Source of the DNA: a virus
Lineage: Duplodnaviria > Caudoviricetes
Direction: 5' to 3' (one strand)
Virus record (IMG/VR): IMGVR_UViG_2974518066_000001
Coordinates: 32,001 to 96,000 of that record
DNA length: 64,000 bases
This document shows positions 10,778-21,610 of the stretch, piece after piece. Both the position numbers and the translations under genes were made by a program. Each line of letters opens with the position of its first letter. Position 1 is the first letter of the stretch. The notes beneath the pieces were generated by a model. That model ran no database searches, had not been told where the DNA came from, and saw only the letters and a list, made by a program, of their open reading frames with translations.

Positions 10778-12106
10778 TCAGTCGGGCGCCACGATGATCA
10801 GGCGTTCGGCGGCGCGGGTGATGGCGGTGTAGAGCCACTGATCGGCCGACTCCCGGAACACATGACTCTCATCATGGACGATCACTTCGTCCCACTGCGA
10901 ACCCTGCGACTTGTGACAGGTGATCGCCCAGCCGAAATCGACATGGTTGTCCTTGAGCTTCGCCTGATAGACAGCCGACTTGCTGGCGGTGGCGTAGGTC
11001 GGATCGCGCTTGATGTGCTGCTCGAACAGGGCCTGCACCACATACATGGGCTTGAGGTTGCCTTCCTCATCATAGGCCTTGAGGAGATAGCGCGCGGCGC
11101 CGTCGTCCATCATCCCGTGATCGTCAGCCGAATAAATCTGCGTGCCGTTGACCAGATCGGGATACTGCTTCGAGTTCTTGCACATGATCAGCGGTTCGCC
11201 GGTCATGGGTGCGGTATCGAGATAGCCGCCGGTCTTGCGGATGCGGCTGGTCAGGCGCCAGCGGTTGCGGTTGGTGCCGACGATGATCTGGGCATCACGG
11301 TCAAGGTCGAGACTGAACCGATCGTCCTTGGGACGGACGATCATCACGCCGCCACCGTAATCACCATAATCACCGCGCTCACCCTTGCGGACCAAGGTGG
11401 CAAGATGGATGATCGGGTTCTCGGCCGCCTGACGATGCACCTCGGTGAGGAAGAAGTCCGGGCTGTCATCAAGGAAGCCGGGTTCGTCGCCGACCGGCGG
11501 AAGCTGTCCGGGATCGCCGATCGCTAGGACCGGGATGTCGAAGTCGAGGAGATCGCCCGCCATCTGCTTGCCGCACATGGAGGCTTCGTCAACGATGATC
11601 AGCTTCTTGTTCTCGCTGACCAGCTTCGAGTCCGGGTTGAGGTTGAAGTGCAGGTCCGTGATCGTGTAGGCGCGGTCCAAGTCCTTCGTGATGATGTCGA
11701 TCTTCTTCTCCAGCTCACGCAGGGAGGAGAACTCGCCAAGGGCGGCGTTACCCGCCTTGACGTTGACATAATGCTCCTGCAGCCCGGCCAGCTCTCGTTC
11801 CAAGAACTCCGCCTTCTGCGGCTTGGGCGTATAGATCAGGCTGTGGATGGTGGTCGGGTAAGCCTTGATGCCTTGGGCACGGAGCTTTTCACCCATGACC
11901 TTGGCGGCCTTACCGGTCGGCGCACAGAAGGCGACCTCACCGACTGAGATGCCCAGATCATTCAGGATGTCGGGCAGGATGGTGGACTTACCGGTCCCGG
12001 CGAAGCCCGCAAGGACGAACACCCGCTTGATCGCAGAACTGTTTTTGAACCAGTCCTTGATCTTCTTTACGGCGTTCCCCTGCTGCTGGGAAAGCTGAAA
12101 TGCCAA
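10778..12106 (-). CDS. RecD/Dda-like SF1B helicase
   Basis: GFAGTGKS, APTGKAA, VDEASM, GDPGQLPPV, TCHKSQGS, YTAITRA. Confidence 0.92.
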   Translation of the reverse strand: MAFQLSQQQGNAVKKIKDWFKNSSAIKRVFVLAGFAGTGKSTILPDILNDLGISVGEVAFCAPTGKAAKVMGEKLRAQGIKAYPTTIHSLIYTPKPQKAEFLERELAGLQEHYVNVKAGNAALGEFSSLRELEKKIDIITKDLDRAYTITDLHFNLNPDSKLVSENKKLIIVDEASMCGKQMAGDLLDFDIPVLAIGDPGQLPPVGDEPGFLDDSPDFFLTEVHRQAAENPIIHLATLVRKGERGDYGDYGGGVMIVRPKDDRFSLDLDRDAQIIVGTNRNRWRLTSRIRKTGGYLDTAPMTGEPLIMCKNSKQYPDLVNGTQIYSADDHGMMDDGAARYLLKAYDEEGNLKPMYVVQALFEQHIKRDPTYATASKSAVYQAKLKDNHVDFGWAITCHKSQGSQWDEVIVHDESHVFRESADQWLYTAITRAAERLIIVAPD

Positions 12107-12507
12107 TGATGCCTCAGTGGAATTTGACAGTCACCTTCGGGGCGTTCCCTTTCAGGATCGCGATGGTGATGTAGATGAGGGAGAGGGCGAGGGCCGGGAC
12201 CGCAGCGGCGGCCAACACGAGGACCATCAGTGCCCAGAAGACGAACCGGAAGACGGCAGTCTTAGCGGCGTGCAAACTTCTCACGACGGTCACTGTCCCG
12301 TTCGATGGAGAAACCTTCACCGGTCAGCAGCCACCCGACCAGAGCGAGAAGCGTGGTGGAAAGACTGGCCAGCGCGTGAAAGGGAAAGAGGATGGCCCGC
12401 ATAAGCAGGTCCGAGGCGCAGCGGATCGAGTGAAACCGGGCGAGGATGGCCGTGAAGACGACGCCTGCCAAAAAGCCGAGGAGCGCTATCATATGCGGGC
12501 CTCCCGA

Positions 12508-12771
12508 TCAGGCCGCCGGGGCGGCGGGCATGTCGGCCATGGCGCGGACCATGATCATGGTCGAAAGCAGCGAGTCGAAGGTCTTGGCGTCGAGGATCAG
12601 CGAGCCTCGGCCGCGAACGCCGATCTCGTAGGTATCGACTTCGACATTCTCGCCGAACATGCGCGAGACGATACCGGCGTCGGTGTAGGCGCCATCGACC
12701 AGCACACCGGGACCGCGTTCAACACGAGCGACGGGCGTGGCGATGGGGAGGGTTTCGAGGAAATCGAGCAT
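12508..12771 (-). CDS. hypothetical protein
   Basis: in operon; phage-like codon usage. Confidence 0.55.
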   Translation of the reverse strand: MLDFLETLPIATPVARVERGPGVLVDGAYTDAGIVSRMFGENVEVDTYEIGVRGRGSLILDAKTFDSLLSTMIMVRAMADMPAAPAA

Positions 12772-12836
12772 GGTATCCAGTCGGAAGAAGAGGAGAGAAA
12801 AAGAGGGGCCGGGATTACCCGGCCCCTTGGTGCCGA

Positions 12837-13838
12837 TCAGGCGAAGCGGCGGGTGCGGGCACCACCGGCCGGGGCGGCGCGGCGCGCGGGAGCCGGGGCT
12901 TCCTCCTCAGGCTCTTCGGCCGGTGCAGCAGCAGCACGGCGGCTGCGGGGTGCCGGTGCTTCTTCCTCGGCTTCTTCGGCCGGGGCGGCAGCAGCGCCGC
13001 GACGGCCCGGCGAACGACCACGCGGAGCGGGCGCTACGTCTTCATCGACTTCGGCAGGGGCAGCGCCGCGACGAGTGCGGGGAGCCGGTGCCGGTTCCTC
13101 TTCCTCGACGACTTCCGGTTCGGGCTCCGGTTCCGGCTGGCGACGCGAGGTCACCTGCTTGGGAGCCGGTTCCGGCTCATAGTCGTCGTCGTTGTCGCCG
13201 CCGCCGACCGTCAGGCCTTCCAGCTCGGCTTCGCTGATCCAGCCGACGATCTTGAAGATCAGCGACCACTTCTTGCCGTGCTTCTTCTGCTTCGGGATGT
13301 AGCTTTCCGTCTGCAGCTCGACGACCGGCAGCTCACCGGGGTGCTGCATGAACGACTTGCCGTAGGCGCCCGAGAGCTTGCGGGTCGAGCGAACCGGGCC
13401 GCCGGTCGAGGTCTTGAACAGGAGCTGCGTGCCGACCGCTTCGTCGGTGGCCGAGTCCGGGCCGTCGCCATATTCGAGGATCACGGCCGAGAAGGAGGCC
13501 GCTTCGCGCCAGCCGTCGTCCGGGTCGTTGTAGGGACCGTGGTCGGTCAGCTCATGTTCCATCGGCGGCTTGCCATCGGTGACCAGACGGAAGACTTCTT
13601 CTTCCACTTGGCTGTCCACCCAGCAAATCCAGCCGAAGGCCAGCGTCTGCATATCGACGACGAGCTGCGAGCCGACCGGCAGTTCGGTATCGTCCGAGCC
13701 GAAGGTGATCTCGCCGGTGTTGCCGTTGAACTTGAGGTAGGCGCCGGTTTCGACACCGCGCGCCGCTTCGGCCCACGGGTTCTGACCGCCGTAAGCTGCG
13801 AGAGCGTTGGCGGAAGTCTGAGTTACGAGAGAGCCCAT
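12837..13838 (-). CDS. probable ssDNA-binding protein with acidic, Pro/Ala/Arg-repeat tail
   Basis: AGGAG RBS; globular N-terminus (YLKFNG...GWICW...FKIVGW) and low-complexity tail; replication-module context. Confidence 0.6.
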   Translation of the reverse strand: MGSLVTQTSANALAAYGGQNPWAEAARGVETGAYLKFNGNTGEITFGSDDTELPVGSQLVVDMQTLAFGWICWVDSQVEEEVFRLVTDGKPPMEHELTDHGPYNDPDDGWREAASFSAVILEYGDGPDSATDEAVGTQLLFKTSTGGPVRSTRKLSGAYGKSFMQHPGELPVVELQTESYIPKQKKHGKKWSLIFKIVGWISEAELEGLTVGGGDNDDDYEPEPAPKQVTSRRQPEPEPEPEVVEEEEPAPAPRTRRGAAPAEVDEDVAPAPRGRSPGRRGAAAAPAEEAEEEAPAPRSRRAAAAPAEEPEEEAPAPARRAAPAGGARTRRFA

Positions 13839-13927
13839 GAAAACTCCTGATTGGGGCTGTAGGAAAAGTTGGTCGGATTACCCGCCGACCACGGGAAGGT
13901 TATGTAAACTAACCTATGCGGACGCAG

Positions 13928-14293
13928 TTAGGCCGGGTCGGCGGCGTCCACGGCTGCGTCGGCTTCGACCGGGGCAGCGGAGGGCATGGAGCGCTTGAGG
14001 GCGCGGGCCATGTCAGCCGACTTCTTGGCGTCGGCGATCTTGCCCTCGACCTTGGCGACGGCTTCTTCCGTGCCAGCGACGAGGATGTCTGCCTTGGCGA
14101 AGGCCGCCTCGAACAGCTTGTCGATATTGGTGTCGTGGGCCTTGAACAGGTCGTCGATCTTGCCCTCGAACTTGGCGATTTCGTCGTCGTGCTTTGCGAG
14201 GAAGGCATCGAGACGGGCGTCCAGAGCGACCATGAAATCCACGATCGACTGGACGTTCCGCGCCACGAGGCGCAGAAGTGCAGACTGCAGCAT
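13928..14293 (-). CDS. helical hypothetical protein
   Basis: own promoter and RBS; Ala/Lys/Asp-rich. Confidence 0.65.
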   Translation of the reverse strand: MLQSALLRLVARNVQSIVDFMVALDARLDAFLAKHDDEIAKFEGKIDDLFKAHDTNIDKLFEAAFAKADILVAGTEEAVAKVEGKIADAKKSADMARALKRSMPSAAPVEADAAVDAADPA

Positions 14294-14425
14294 GTTGTAG
14301 GGTTCCCTTTCAGGGATGTCGGTGGGAGAGCGGGGCCGCTGCGAAATGTCGGGAGCGGCGCCGAGGTGGTCTGGATAACTAGGGGATCGGTGAATGTCAA
14401 GTTAAAATAACACTCACCGACGAAG

Positions 14426-15475
14426 TTATTTCAGCTTCACGACGAGGCGATCATAGCCGGAACCTTCCTTCTGGTATTTCTCCAGATCGATGCCGTCCGC
14501 CGCCATGGCGAGCTGGTCGAGCGACTTCTTGCCCGAGCACCACGAGAGGTTCACGGAGAAGGAATCGTCGCCACAGTTTTTGGAGCCGTGGTCACGCAGG
14601 AGCTGTTTGATCTCCTCCTCGGCTTCCTTCTTTTCGGTTTCGGCGTCCTTCTTGCGAGCGTCCGCGTCCTTCTGGCGTGCTGCCAGAATACCGAGGCGTT
14701 CGGTTACGTCTGCCGGGAGGGTGCGCTTCTCCTTGGGCGCCGAGATGCCCTGAGCGATAGCACATTCCTCGTGGAACTCGCACAGGTTGCAATCGCCCGA
14801 CAGCTTGCCTTCCGGCGGAAGGTCCGTGGGCTCCTGAGCGGAGAACACCTGCTGGGCTCGCTTCTCGGCCGCCTCATATGCCTTGGGATCGTAAGGCACC
14901 ACAAAGCAGCGGATGTCCGACATGATCGAGGCATTGATGTAGACGATGACGGCGAACTTCGGCGTGTAGTTCGTCAGGTCATGGAGGAGGCCCATCTGGA
15001 CCTGTGTCTGGCCGATATGGACCGGCTTCGCCTCCTTGATCGACGCACGCGGATCGAAGCTCTTGAACTCGACCACGAACTGGCCGGTGCCGAGCAGCGA
15101 GGGCACACCAAGGTCTTCCAGCGCATCGTCGGGGGCATCGACCACGAGACCGTCAGGCGTGGCCGACAGGCGGCCCTTCTTGATGGTTTCCTGTTCTTCA
15201 CCCGCGAAGAGGAGCTGGGCGGTGTCAGGAAGCAGCCCGGCAACCGCCGGGACCGCGACCTCGTTTTCGATCACGTCGCCGCGACGGGCAGCGCCCCAAT
15301 CAGCGACGTGATCATCATCCGGCTCGTAGCCGAATTTCTTGAAGAACACCTTGCGCATACAGGTGAAGGCTTCGGAAGCACCGACCGACGCATTGCGATC
15401 GAACTTCCACTTCTTCTCACCCTGCGAGGCGGTGAAGCTCTCGAAGAGCTTGTCCTTGAAACCGAGTGCCGCCAT
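14426..15475 (-). CDS. Cas4/PD-(D/E)XK exonuclease
   Basis: VGASE...C, ATPDG, VEFKS, QTQVQMG, CNLCEFHEEC. Confidence 0.8.
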   Translation of the reverse strand: MAALGFKDKLFESFTASQGEKKWKFDRNASVGASEAFTCMRKVFFKKFGYEPDDDHVADWGAARRGDVIENEVAVPAVAGLLPDTAQLLFAGEEQETIKKGRLSATPDGLVVDAPDDALEDLGVPSLLGTGQFVVEFKSFDPRASIKEAKPVHIGQTQVQMGLLHDLTNYTPKFAVIVYINASIMSDIRCFVVPYDPKAYEAAEKRAQQVFSAQEPTDLPPEGKLSGDCNLCEFHEECAIAQGISAPKEKRTLPADVTERLGILAARQKDADARKKDAETEKKEAEEEIKQLLRDHGSKNCGDDSFSVNLSWCSGKKSLDQLAMAADGIDLEKYQKEGSGYDRLVVKLK

Positions 15476-15747
15476 CAGTCGATGCGCACCGTCGAGGACT
15501 TGCCCCAGCCGAAGATACCGGTCTGCGAGCAGACGACGCCCGAGACATACCGACCTTCCGAGTTGAGAGCGGTGAAGCCGGTCGAGGTGTCGTCGCGATC
15601 ACCGCAGCCGGTCCAGCGGTGGCCAGTGATCTGCACGTCATGGAAGCCGAAGGCCTCCGCCGCCCGCTTTGCTTCAACCGGATCGGAGAAGCAGGCAGAG
15701 AGCATCGCAGCAGCGAGCAGCACGCCCGCCGTCATGATCTTTTTCAT
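15475..15747 (-). CDS. small lipoprotein
   Basis: signal peptide MKKIMTAGVLLAAAMLSAC with lipobox. Confidence 0.7.
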   Translation of the reverse strand: MKKIMTAGVLLAAAMLSACFSDPVEAKRAAEAFGFHDVQITGHRWTGCGDRDDTSTGFTALNSEGRYVSGVVCSQTGIFGWGKSSTVRID

Positions 15748-16044
15748 GGTGGATTTACCCTTGTGGTTGACCGGATCAGTCCGGTTCGTCGTCGCTGAAA
15801 TCGTCGGACGACGACCAATCGTCATCGTCCCAAACGACATCATTGAGGTTGGAGGGGAGCTGGCCGTGCAGGTTGATCCACACCGGGTGCAGCTCGCGCT
15901 CTTCAACGCTCTCGATCTCGTATCCGATGATGCCGGTGAGAGCGGAGAAGAGGGAAATGTCGTGACCCTGATCGACCAGATGTTCGTTCAGGTAGAGGCC
16001 GGTCCAGTCGCTGGACACGGCAATGATGATCTGGCTCATTGGCC

Positions 16045-16410
16045 TCAGAAGATTTCGGGGGAATATATGCGGAGGCGTGCGAGCTTGCCTGCCCGGTGGG
16101 CGTCGTAGCCTTCCTGCGAGATGTAACCGCGCTCGGACATCAGCGAGAACAACGTCATCACGTCGTAGACCTCGGAGATGAAACGCTGCATCACGGTAGG
16201 GCCGTCCGGGTCGGACAGCTTGCGAAAATTGGCGCGCTCCGAAGAGCGGTGGAGTTTCGAGCGCTCCTGAATGACCTCGCCGCATTCTTCCTGCAGCAGG
16301 TAGAAAAGCTCGATGTCGCGCGCCGGGATCGGGTCACCGCTTCGCAGCACTTCGGCCGCATAGGCGATGGCATATCCTTCCGGCGTCGAGAGGTCCTGAT
16401 CGTGGATCAT
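16045..16410 (-). CDS. MazG-like protein
   Basis: LQEECGEVIQ...EVYDV. Confidence 0.55.
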   Translation of the reverse strand: MIHDQDLSTPEGYAIAYAAEVLRSGDPIPARDIELFYLLQEECGEVIQERSKLHRSSERANFRKLSDPDGPTVMQRFISEVYDVMTLFSLMSERGYISQEGYDAHRAGKLARLRIYSPEIF

Positions 16411-16724
16411 TTCTTCTCACCATTGAGATATTCGAGAATGGAAACTTCCGCGTCGCGGAAGGTGCGGAATGGGCCTTTGGTCTCGCCGCCCGGTGTGTCC
16501 CACCACCAATAATGGTAGGTGTCCGAGTAGGGCGTGATGGCAACCGTAGCTTCCATGACGAAGGCAGCTTCTGCCTCCGTCATATAGGGACCAAAGAGCT
16601 TGCCATCTTTCTTGTCGCGGTAATACCAAGTCCCACGGCTCTCGCCATTGAACTGGTCCTTGACCTGAAACGCGACGCCCTTCGGGAAGCGAAGGTTCGG
16701 CCGGATGGTCCGAACCTCGCCCAT
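16407..16724 (-). CDS. hypothetical protein with duplicated GP(Y/F)xTxxxAE motif
   Basis: FGPYMTEAEA and KGPFRTFRDAE. Confidence 0.55.
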   Translation of the reverse strand: MGEVRTIRPNLRFPKGVAFQVKDQFNGESRGTWYYRDKKDGKLFGPYMTEAEAAFVMEATVAITPYSDTYHYWWWDTPGGETKGPFRTFRDAEVSILEYLNGEKK

Positions 16725-16969
16725 CAGCCGATAATCTCGACTGCCATCTCGACGACCTTCATCGACGAAATGGCGTGGATCAGCTTCGTGCGATCGACCA
16801 CCGAGATCGAGCGGTCAGACAGCAGGACGGCCATCTCTTTCTGCAGCTCGGGGAACATGTCATCACGGATTGCCCGTTCGTCCGACGCGGCGGCGAGAAT
16901 GGCAATGTCGTCGGTGTCCGGATTCATCATCTGGACGCCAAAGAGGCTCAGCTTCATGACTTCCCTTTC

Positions 16970-17614
16970 TTATGCCGCTTGGGCGTAGGCGCGGGCGCGC
17001 TCGACTTCGTGGTAGGCCTCGAAGTCCGGGTCGTAGTGACCCTCGTCGCACAGGAGGTTGAACAGGCGCTGGGTGGCCTTGATGTCCACGATCGCGGAGT
17101 GGGCGTTCTCCAGCTTCTCGCCGAAGAAGAACATCATGGCCTCTTCCAGCTTGGGCCACTTGTAGTCCGTCCGCCCGTCGCCCTTCTTGATCTTGCAGAT
17201 CGGCGTCGCGGTCTTCATCGTGCAAAGCGTGGGCTTGCCGACGAGGACGGTCGAATGGTGCAGGCTGCTGTTGAGGCGCGAATATTCGATGCCCATCAGC
17301 TTCGTGTCGAACGCGGTATTGTGACACACGATGAAGTCGGCGTTCGCCGCCATGATCATGAACATATCAACCGCGTCGGCGATCGGGATGCCGGACTCTT
17401 CGCACATCTCTTCCGTGATGCCGGTGAGTTCCTTGGCCTTCGCGCCGATCGTCCAGCCGTCAGGCTTGATCAGCGTGTCGAGGACGATGGCATCCTGACC
17501 GTTGATCTGCAGGACGGCGCCGAGCTGCGTGATGTGCGGCTGCGTGGGGTGGGAGAGTGGGACCGACCGGTTCGGCAGGCCCGTGGTTTCGGTGTCGAAG
17601 AAGAGGAAGTTCAT
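16970..17614 (-). CDS. DEDDh 3'-5' exonuclease (DnaQ-like)
   Basis: FFDTETTGL, HNTAFD, AHSAIVD. Confidence 0.9.
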   Translation of the reverse strand: MNFLFFDTETTGLPNRSVPLSHPTQPHITQLGAVLQINGQDAIVLDTLIKPDGWTIGAKAKELTGITEEMCEESGIPIADAVDMFMIMAANADFIVCHNTAFDTKLMGIEYSRLNSSLHHSTVLVGKPTLCTMKTATPICKIKKGDGRTDYKWPKLEEAMMFFFGEKLENAHSAIVDIKATQRLFNLLCDEGHYDPDFEAYHEVERARAYAQAA

Positions 17615-18164
17615 GCGCCGCGCACCGCGTCAGCGAACACGGAAGGCGTCAGCAGCTCGCTGTCGATCGTGTTCTGGGTGGCGACCAGCGCTTCGGTTTC
17701 CATGTCGTCGATCGTGCTGTCGTAGGCGGCCTGACGCATCGCCTCGTGGATCGCGTTCACCAGCGGGCGGTAGACGGACAGCACGATGTAGCTGATGAGC
17801 AGCGGGAGGAGGACGAACCAGATGGGGAGGTCGAGCTTCCAGTAGGTGTTCGCGGCGGAAGTTACCGCCGACGTGGCGAGGCTCACGAGGACCGTGCGGA
17901 AGGTGCCGGGTCCGGAGTTCAGATAGCGCTCGGGCGCTTCAATGTTCATTATAACTAACCCTTCAAGACACAGGGATGCCGTGGCGCGGGACGCGCTGGC
18001 TGTGGGCGAGTTGCCGAGGGGAGGTGCAAGGAAATCCGGACGGATCGGAGGATACGAAGCGATTTCTCTGGGTCTAACCGATCTTGTGGTCGGTCGATTT
18101 CCTTGCAAGCCCTTGGTAACGAATGGGTGAGGAATGTCAAGTTAAAATAACACTCCTCGGCACT

Positions 18165-20600
18165 TTAGTGGGTTACCGACCAGTCGATGCCCGACGACGC
18201 GGACGCTTCGACCGGGAGAGCGAACTGGAGATATTCACCAGCCTTCGCCGCCGCCTCGATGCAGATGCGTTCGATTTCGCTCTGGAGACCTTCACGCGCC
18301 GCGATCTGCACTTCGTCGTGGACCCAAGCGCAGAAGGTGTAGTCGCCATCCCAACCATATTGCAGACCAGCATCGTTGAGCATGTCTTCGATGAAGATCA
18401 GCCACCAGTTGGCGATCGTGGCGCCCATGCCCTGCAGGTCGGTGTTCAACGCGGCGTGCGAGGAACGGACGAACAGGCGACGACCATCAATGCCAGTGAT
18501 GTATTTGCGCTTCGCCTGACGCTGGATGTCACGGATGACCTTGTTCAGCGCGGGCAGGTTGCGGAGGAAGCGAGCCTTGAGTTCCTTACCGATCTTGGCC
18601 TGAATGTGGGGCGGAGCGAGCGGGTTGACGATGGAGCCGATCTTCTCGTCGCCCGCCCCGTAGAGGAAGGCGTAGATGAAGGTCTTGGCCGTGTCTCGGG
18701 AGTCCAGCTCGGCCAGCGACTGGTTCTCCGAGTGGATGTCGCCTTCCAGCAGAACCTTGCCGTAGGCGCCGCCGTCATACTGCGCCATGCGGTGAGCCAG
18801 ACAGCGAAGTTCGATGCCCGCCAAGTCGGAGCCGGTCAGCAGGAAGCCTTCGGGGACGGTGAAGAGAGAGCGGGACTCGATGCCCCAGCCGCCGCGAAGC
18901 CCGAGCAGCTTGAGCCCGACTTCATCGCCCTTGACCTTGCTGACGATCGCCGGGGTGACGCCCTTCCACATCACCGTGGCGCCGGGCGTCAGCATCCCGT
19001 CGAACGTGATGTCGTCGAGCTTGGCCTTCTTCGACTTGATCGCCGGGACCTGTGCGAGGTTCGGGAAGGAGTGGGTGGCACGGGTGGTGACCGCGCCGCA
19101 GGGGTTGACGTAGGCGTGGATGAAGCCATCCTCGTCCACCTGCTTGAGCCATGCCTGCGAGCCGTCCGCCAACTGACCCATGAGCTTGTTCAGCGCCATG
19201 AGGTCGGCCAGCGGCTCAGCGACCGGGAAGCGATCGATGATGCGCCGCAGGATCACGTCGTTGGCCTTGACGTTCCCCTTCTCGGTGTAGTCCTCGTCCT
19301 CCGGTTGCCAGCCCAAGTCCTGCAGCCGGTCGGTGATCTGCGGCCGGGAGCGCGGGTTGAACTCCTGCCACTTCACCGGCGTGAACCACGAGCCTGCGTC
19401 GTAGCGGGCGCGGAAAGGATCAGCGTAGTTGAGAGCCGCCTTGGTCTTTTCCTTGGGGACGCCCCACCAGCGGTTTTCCTCGATCTCCTCCTCGGTGATC
19501 CCGAAGTCCGGGAACTCACCGCCGGTAGCCGCCCGGCCCATCGGAGCGGTGTCCATGCGCTTCTCACCGATGAAGCGGCCGGGGAACTCGATGTCGAGCA
19601 CGCCTTCCAGCTTCGTCCGTTCGACGCGCAGGTCACTGGCCAGCGCTTCGCCGTCCTCGACGTTGAAGAAGAAGCCGCTCTCCTGCTGGCGCGCCATGAG
19701 ATCGGCGAGCCGGTGCTGGACATAGACCGCCTCGTCGGAGATCAGCTCCAAGCGGGGCAGGATGAGCTTGATCAGCTCGCAGGTGACACCCACGTCGTTG
19801 ACGCAATAGTCTTCCAGCTCCTGCGACCACTTGCCCCAGACATGGCGACGCATTTCGTCGGAGCCCTTCTCGTAGCCAAGCTCCAGCCCTTCGGCCTCCT
19901 TGATCTTCGAGTAGTCGCCCTTGAACATGTTGAGGCGCTGGCCCCATGCGTCGAGCTTGTGGGTGCCGATCAACTTGCCGTCGATCTTGCCCGCTTCGTG
20001 CAGGCGGAAGTCCTTGTCCTTCTGGTCCGGGAAGAGGAGACGGGCGAGAACCATCGTGTCCCGGATGCGCGCCTGCGGCGTCCACCACGGATACAGCTTC
20101 TCCAGCATCGGGATATCGAAGCCGATGAGGTTGTGGTTCCAGATTTCTTCCGCGCTGTCGAGCAGGTCGAACAGCTTCTCGATATTGTTCTCGCGCTTGT
20201 TCTGGCGGAACATCCAGCGCTGGCCGGTGTCGAAGTCGCGGACGGCGACGCAGTGAACGCGCGTAACCTCCCGAAGGAGGCCGTCTGTTTCCGCGTCAAA
20301 CACCAGAATGCGGTGCTTGATCTTCTTGTCTTTGATAACCAAGGGAGCGTTTGCCTTTTTGAGGATGGCATCGCAGTGGCAGCGGAGAGGTTTGCACCAG
20401 CAAAGGAGGTGCTTTCCGCGCAGCGGTTCGACATCCAGTTCGGGAAGGACGAACTTCTCGAACTTGTCGCAGACCGTATCGCGCGATCCGTGCTTTCCAC
20501 CGATGTAGGGGTTACCCCAAGGCGTGCCGCGACCGCAGTAGACGTCACCCTTGGGATACTTCTTGGTCCGGAGATTCCAGACCTGTGGCGTGTCAGGCAA
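18165..20600 (-). CDS. polA: T7-like family A DNA polymerase with N-terminal DUF4326-like domain
   Basis: FDAETDGL exonuclease, PNLAQVP, DLAGIELRCLAH, RDTAKTFIYAFLYG, WVHDE; N-terminal YCGRGTPWGNPY...LRGKHLLCWCKPLRCHCD. Confidence 0.92.
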   Translation of the reverse strand: MPDTPQVWNLRTKKYPKGDVYCGRGTPWGNPYIGGKHGSRDTVCDKFEKFVLPELDVEPLRGKHLLCWCKPLRCHCDAILKKANAPLVIKDKKIKHRILVFDAETDGLLREVTRVHCVAVRDFDTGQRWMFRQNKRENNIEKLFDLLDSAEEIWNHNLIGFDIPMLEKLYPWWTPQARIRDTMVLARLLFPDQKDKDFRLHEAGKIDGKLIGTHKLDAWGQRLNMFKGDYSKIKEAEGLELGYEKGSDEMRRHVWGKWSQELEDYCVNDVGVTCELIKLILPRLELISDEAVYVQHRLADLMARQQESGFFFNVEDGEALASDLRVERTKLEGVLDIEFPGRFIGEKRMDTAPMGRAATGGEFPDFGITEEEIEENRWWGVPKEKTKAALNYADPFRARYDAGSWFTPVKWQEFNPRSRPQITDRLQDLGWQPEDEDYTEKGNVKANDVILRRIIDRFPVAEPLADLMALNKLMGQLADGSQAWLKQVDEDGFIHAYVNPCGAVTTRATHSFPNLAQVPAIKSKKAKLDDITFDGMLTPGATVMWKGVTPAIVSKVKGDEVGLKLLGLRGGWGIESRSLFTVPEGFLLTGSDLAGIELRCLAHRMAQYDGGAYGKVLLEGDIHSENQSLAELDSRDTAKTFIYAFLYGAGDEKIGSIVNPLAPPHIQAKIGKELKARFLRNLPALNKVIRDIQRQAKRKYITGIDGRRLFVRSSHAALNTDLQGMGATIANWWLIFIEDMLNDAGLQYGWDGDYTFCAWVHDEVQIAAREGLQSEIERICIEAAAKAGEYLQFALPVEASASSGIDWSVTH

Positions 20601-20955
20601 TTTGCGTGGTGCGCCCGCCGCTACGGTAGACGCTACCATCGTCATCCATGAAGACGTGGGTGTCGCTGTGCTGACGGAGAATGCGACCGAGCGTCTTCCC
20701 GGAAGTCTCGCGGTAACGGTCGAACTCGGCTTGGAGGCGATCATACTTCGCCTTCCAGTCGCGCTCGATCTGATTGTAGCGATCGGAAGAGGGAGGCGTA
20801 TAAAACGCCATCCCTTCGTTCTCCACGCCGCCCGCGATACCTTCTCCCACTTCTTGGCGTTGCTCCTTCGTCATCTGTTCAACCAGATGCCAGCAGCCCG
20901 CCTCTTCCATGGAAATCTCGAAGCACTCCTGATAGTAGTCGGCCTTCCCGTTCAT
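20593..20955 (-). CDS. hypothetical protein
   Basis: translationally coupled within the operon. Confidence 0.6.
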   Translation of the reverse strand: MNGKADYYQECFEISMEEAGCWHLVEQMTKEQRQEVGEGIAGGVENEGMAFYTPPSSDRYNQIERDWKAKYDRLQAEFDRYRETSGKTLGRILRQHSDTHVFMDDDGSVYRSGGRTTQIA

Positions 20956-21094
20956 GCGAAGCCGTCCGGATCGTCAGGACCGTCGAACCAATCGAGAATG
21001 TAAGGAGCGGCCACGAGGGCGGCCAAGAAGTAGAGCGGATACAGGAACGATTGCACCTGCAGCCACATCAGGATTTGCTTGTCCATGGGACCTC

Positions 21095-21610
21095 CTAGAG
21101 GTTCATTTCGAGTTGGGTGTCGTGGTGAGCCTGTTCCACGTTCGGGTTCACCAGCGAGGTCCACGACAGCTTCACCGCCTCTTTCAGGAAGTGGTTGAAG
21201 CCATAGTCGTGACAGACCAGCCGACCGTTCAGCATCCCGAAGTTGCCGAAGTGGATATCGTCGAAGAAAGCTGGCAGCTTACCGCCGATCTTCTCAACCT
21301 CCGCCTTGAACTCCTTGTCAGTCTCGAACGGCTTGGTCCGATCCTGAATGAGGCAGATGCCCATGGCGTCGATATAGTGGCACGGCGCGAACCAGTGCTC
21401 GATCGGCGTGTCCTTCACCTCGGACCAGACCTTGAACTCGGTGATGTTGCAGAACTCGGCGCCGCGATCCTCCACCTTCACCACCCGATTTTCATCGTGG
21501 CGGAGAAGGTAGACTTTGCGGTAGGAGCCCTTGCCGAGCCGCTCCCCGACGAACGTGCGAAGGATGCAGTCGGCGATGCCCTTGTTGTGATCGCAGACCG
21601 ACTTAGGCAT
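21095..21610 (-). CDS. small Ser/Thr (ePK/APH-fold) kinase
   Basis: LGKGSYRKVY, VVKVE, DIHFGNFG, HDYG. Confidence 0.75.
   Translation of the reverse strand: MPKSVCDHNKGIADCILRTFVGERLGKGSYRKVYLLRHDENRVVKVEDRGAEFCNITEFKVWSEVKDTPIEHWFAPCHYIDAMGICLIQDRTKPFETDKEFKAEVEKIGGKLPAFFDDIHFGNFGMLNGRLVCHDYGFNHFLKEAVKLSWTSLVNPNVEQAHHDTQLEMNL

Noticed and set aside
12860-13180. Repeat element in the SSB-like gene
   Set aside because: Degenerate low-complexity protein tail.
14426-15475. CRISPR-Cas system (Cas4-like gene)
   Set aside because: No other cas genes or repeat-spacer array; solo Cas4-like nucleases are common in phages.
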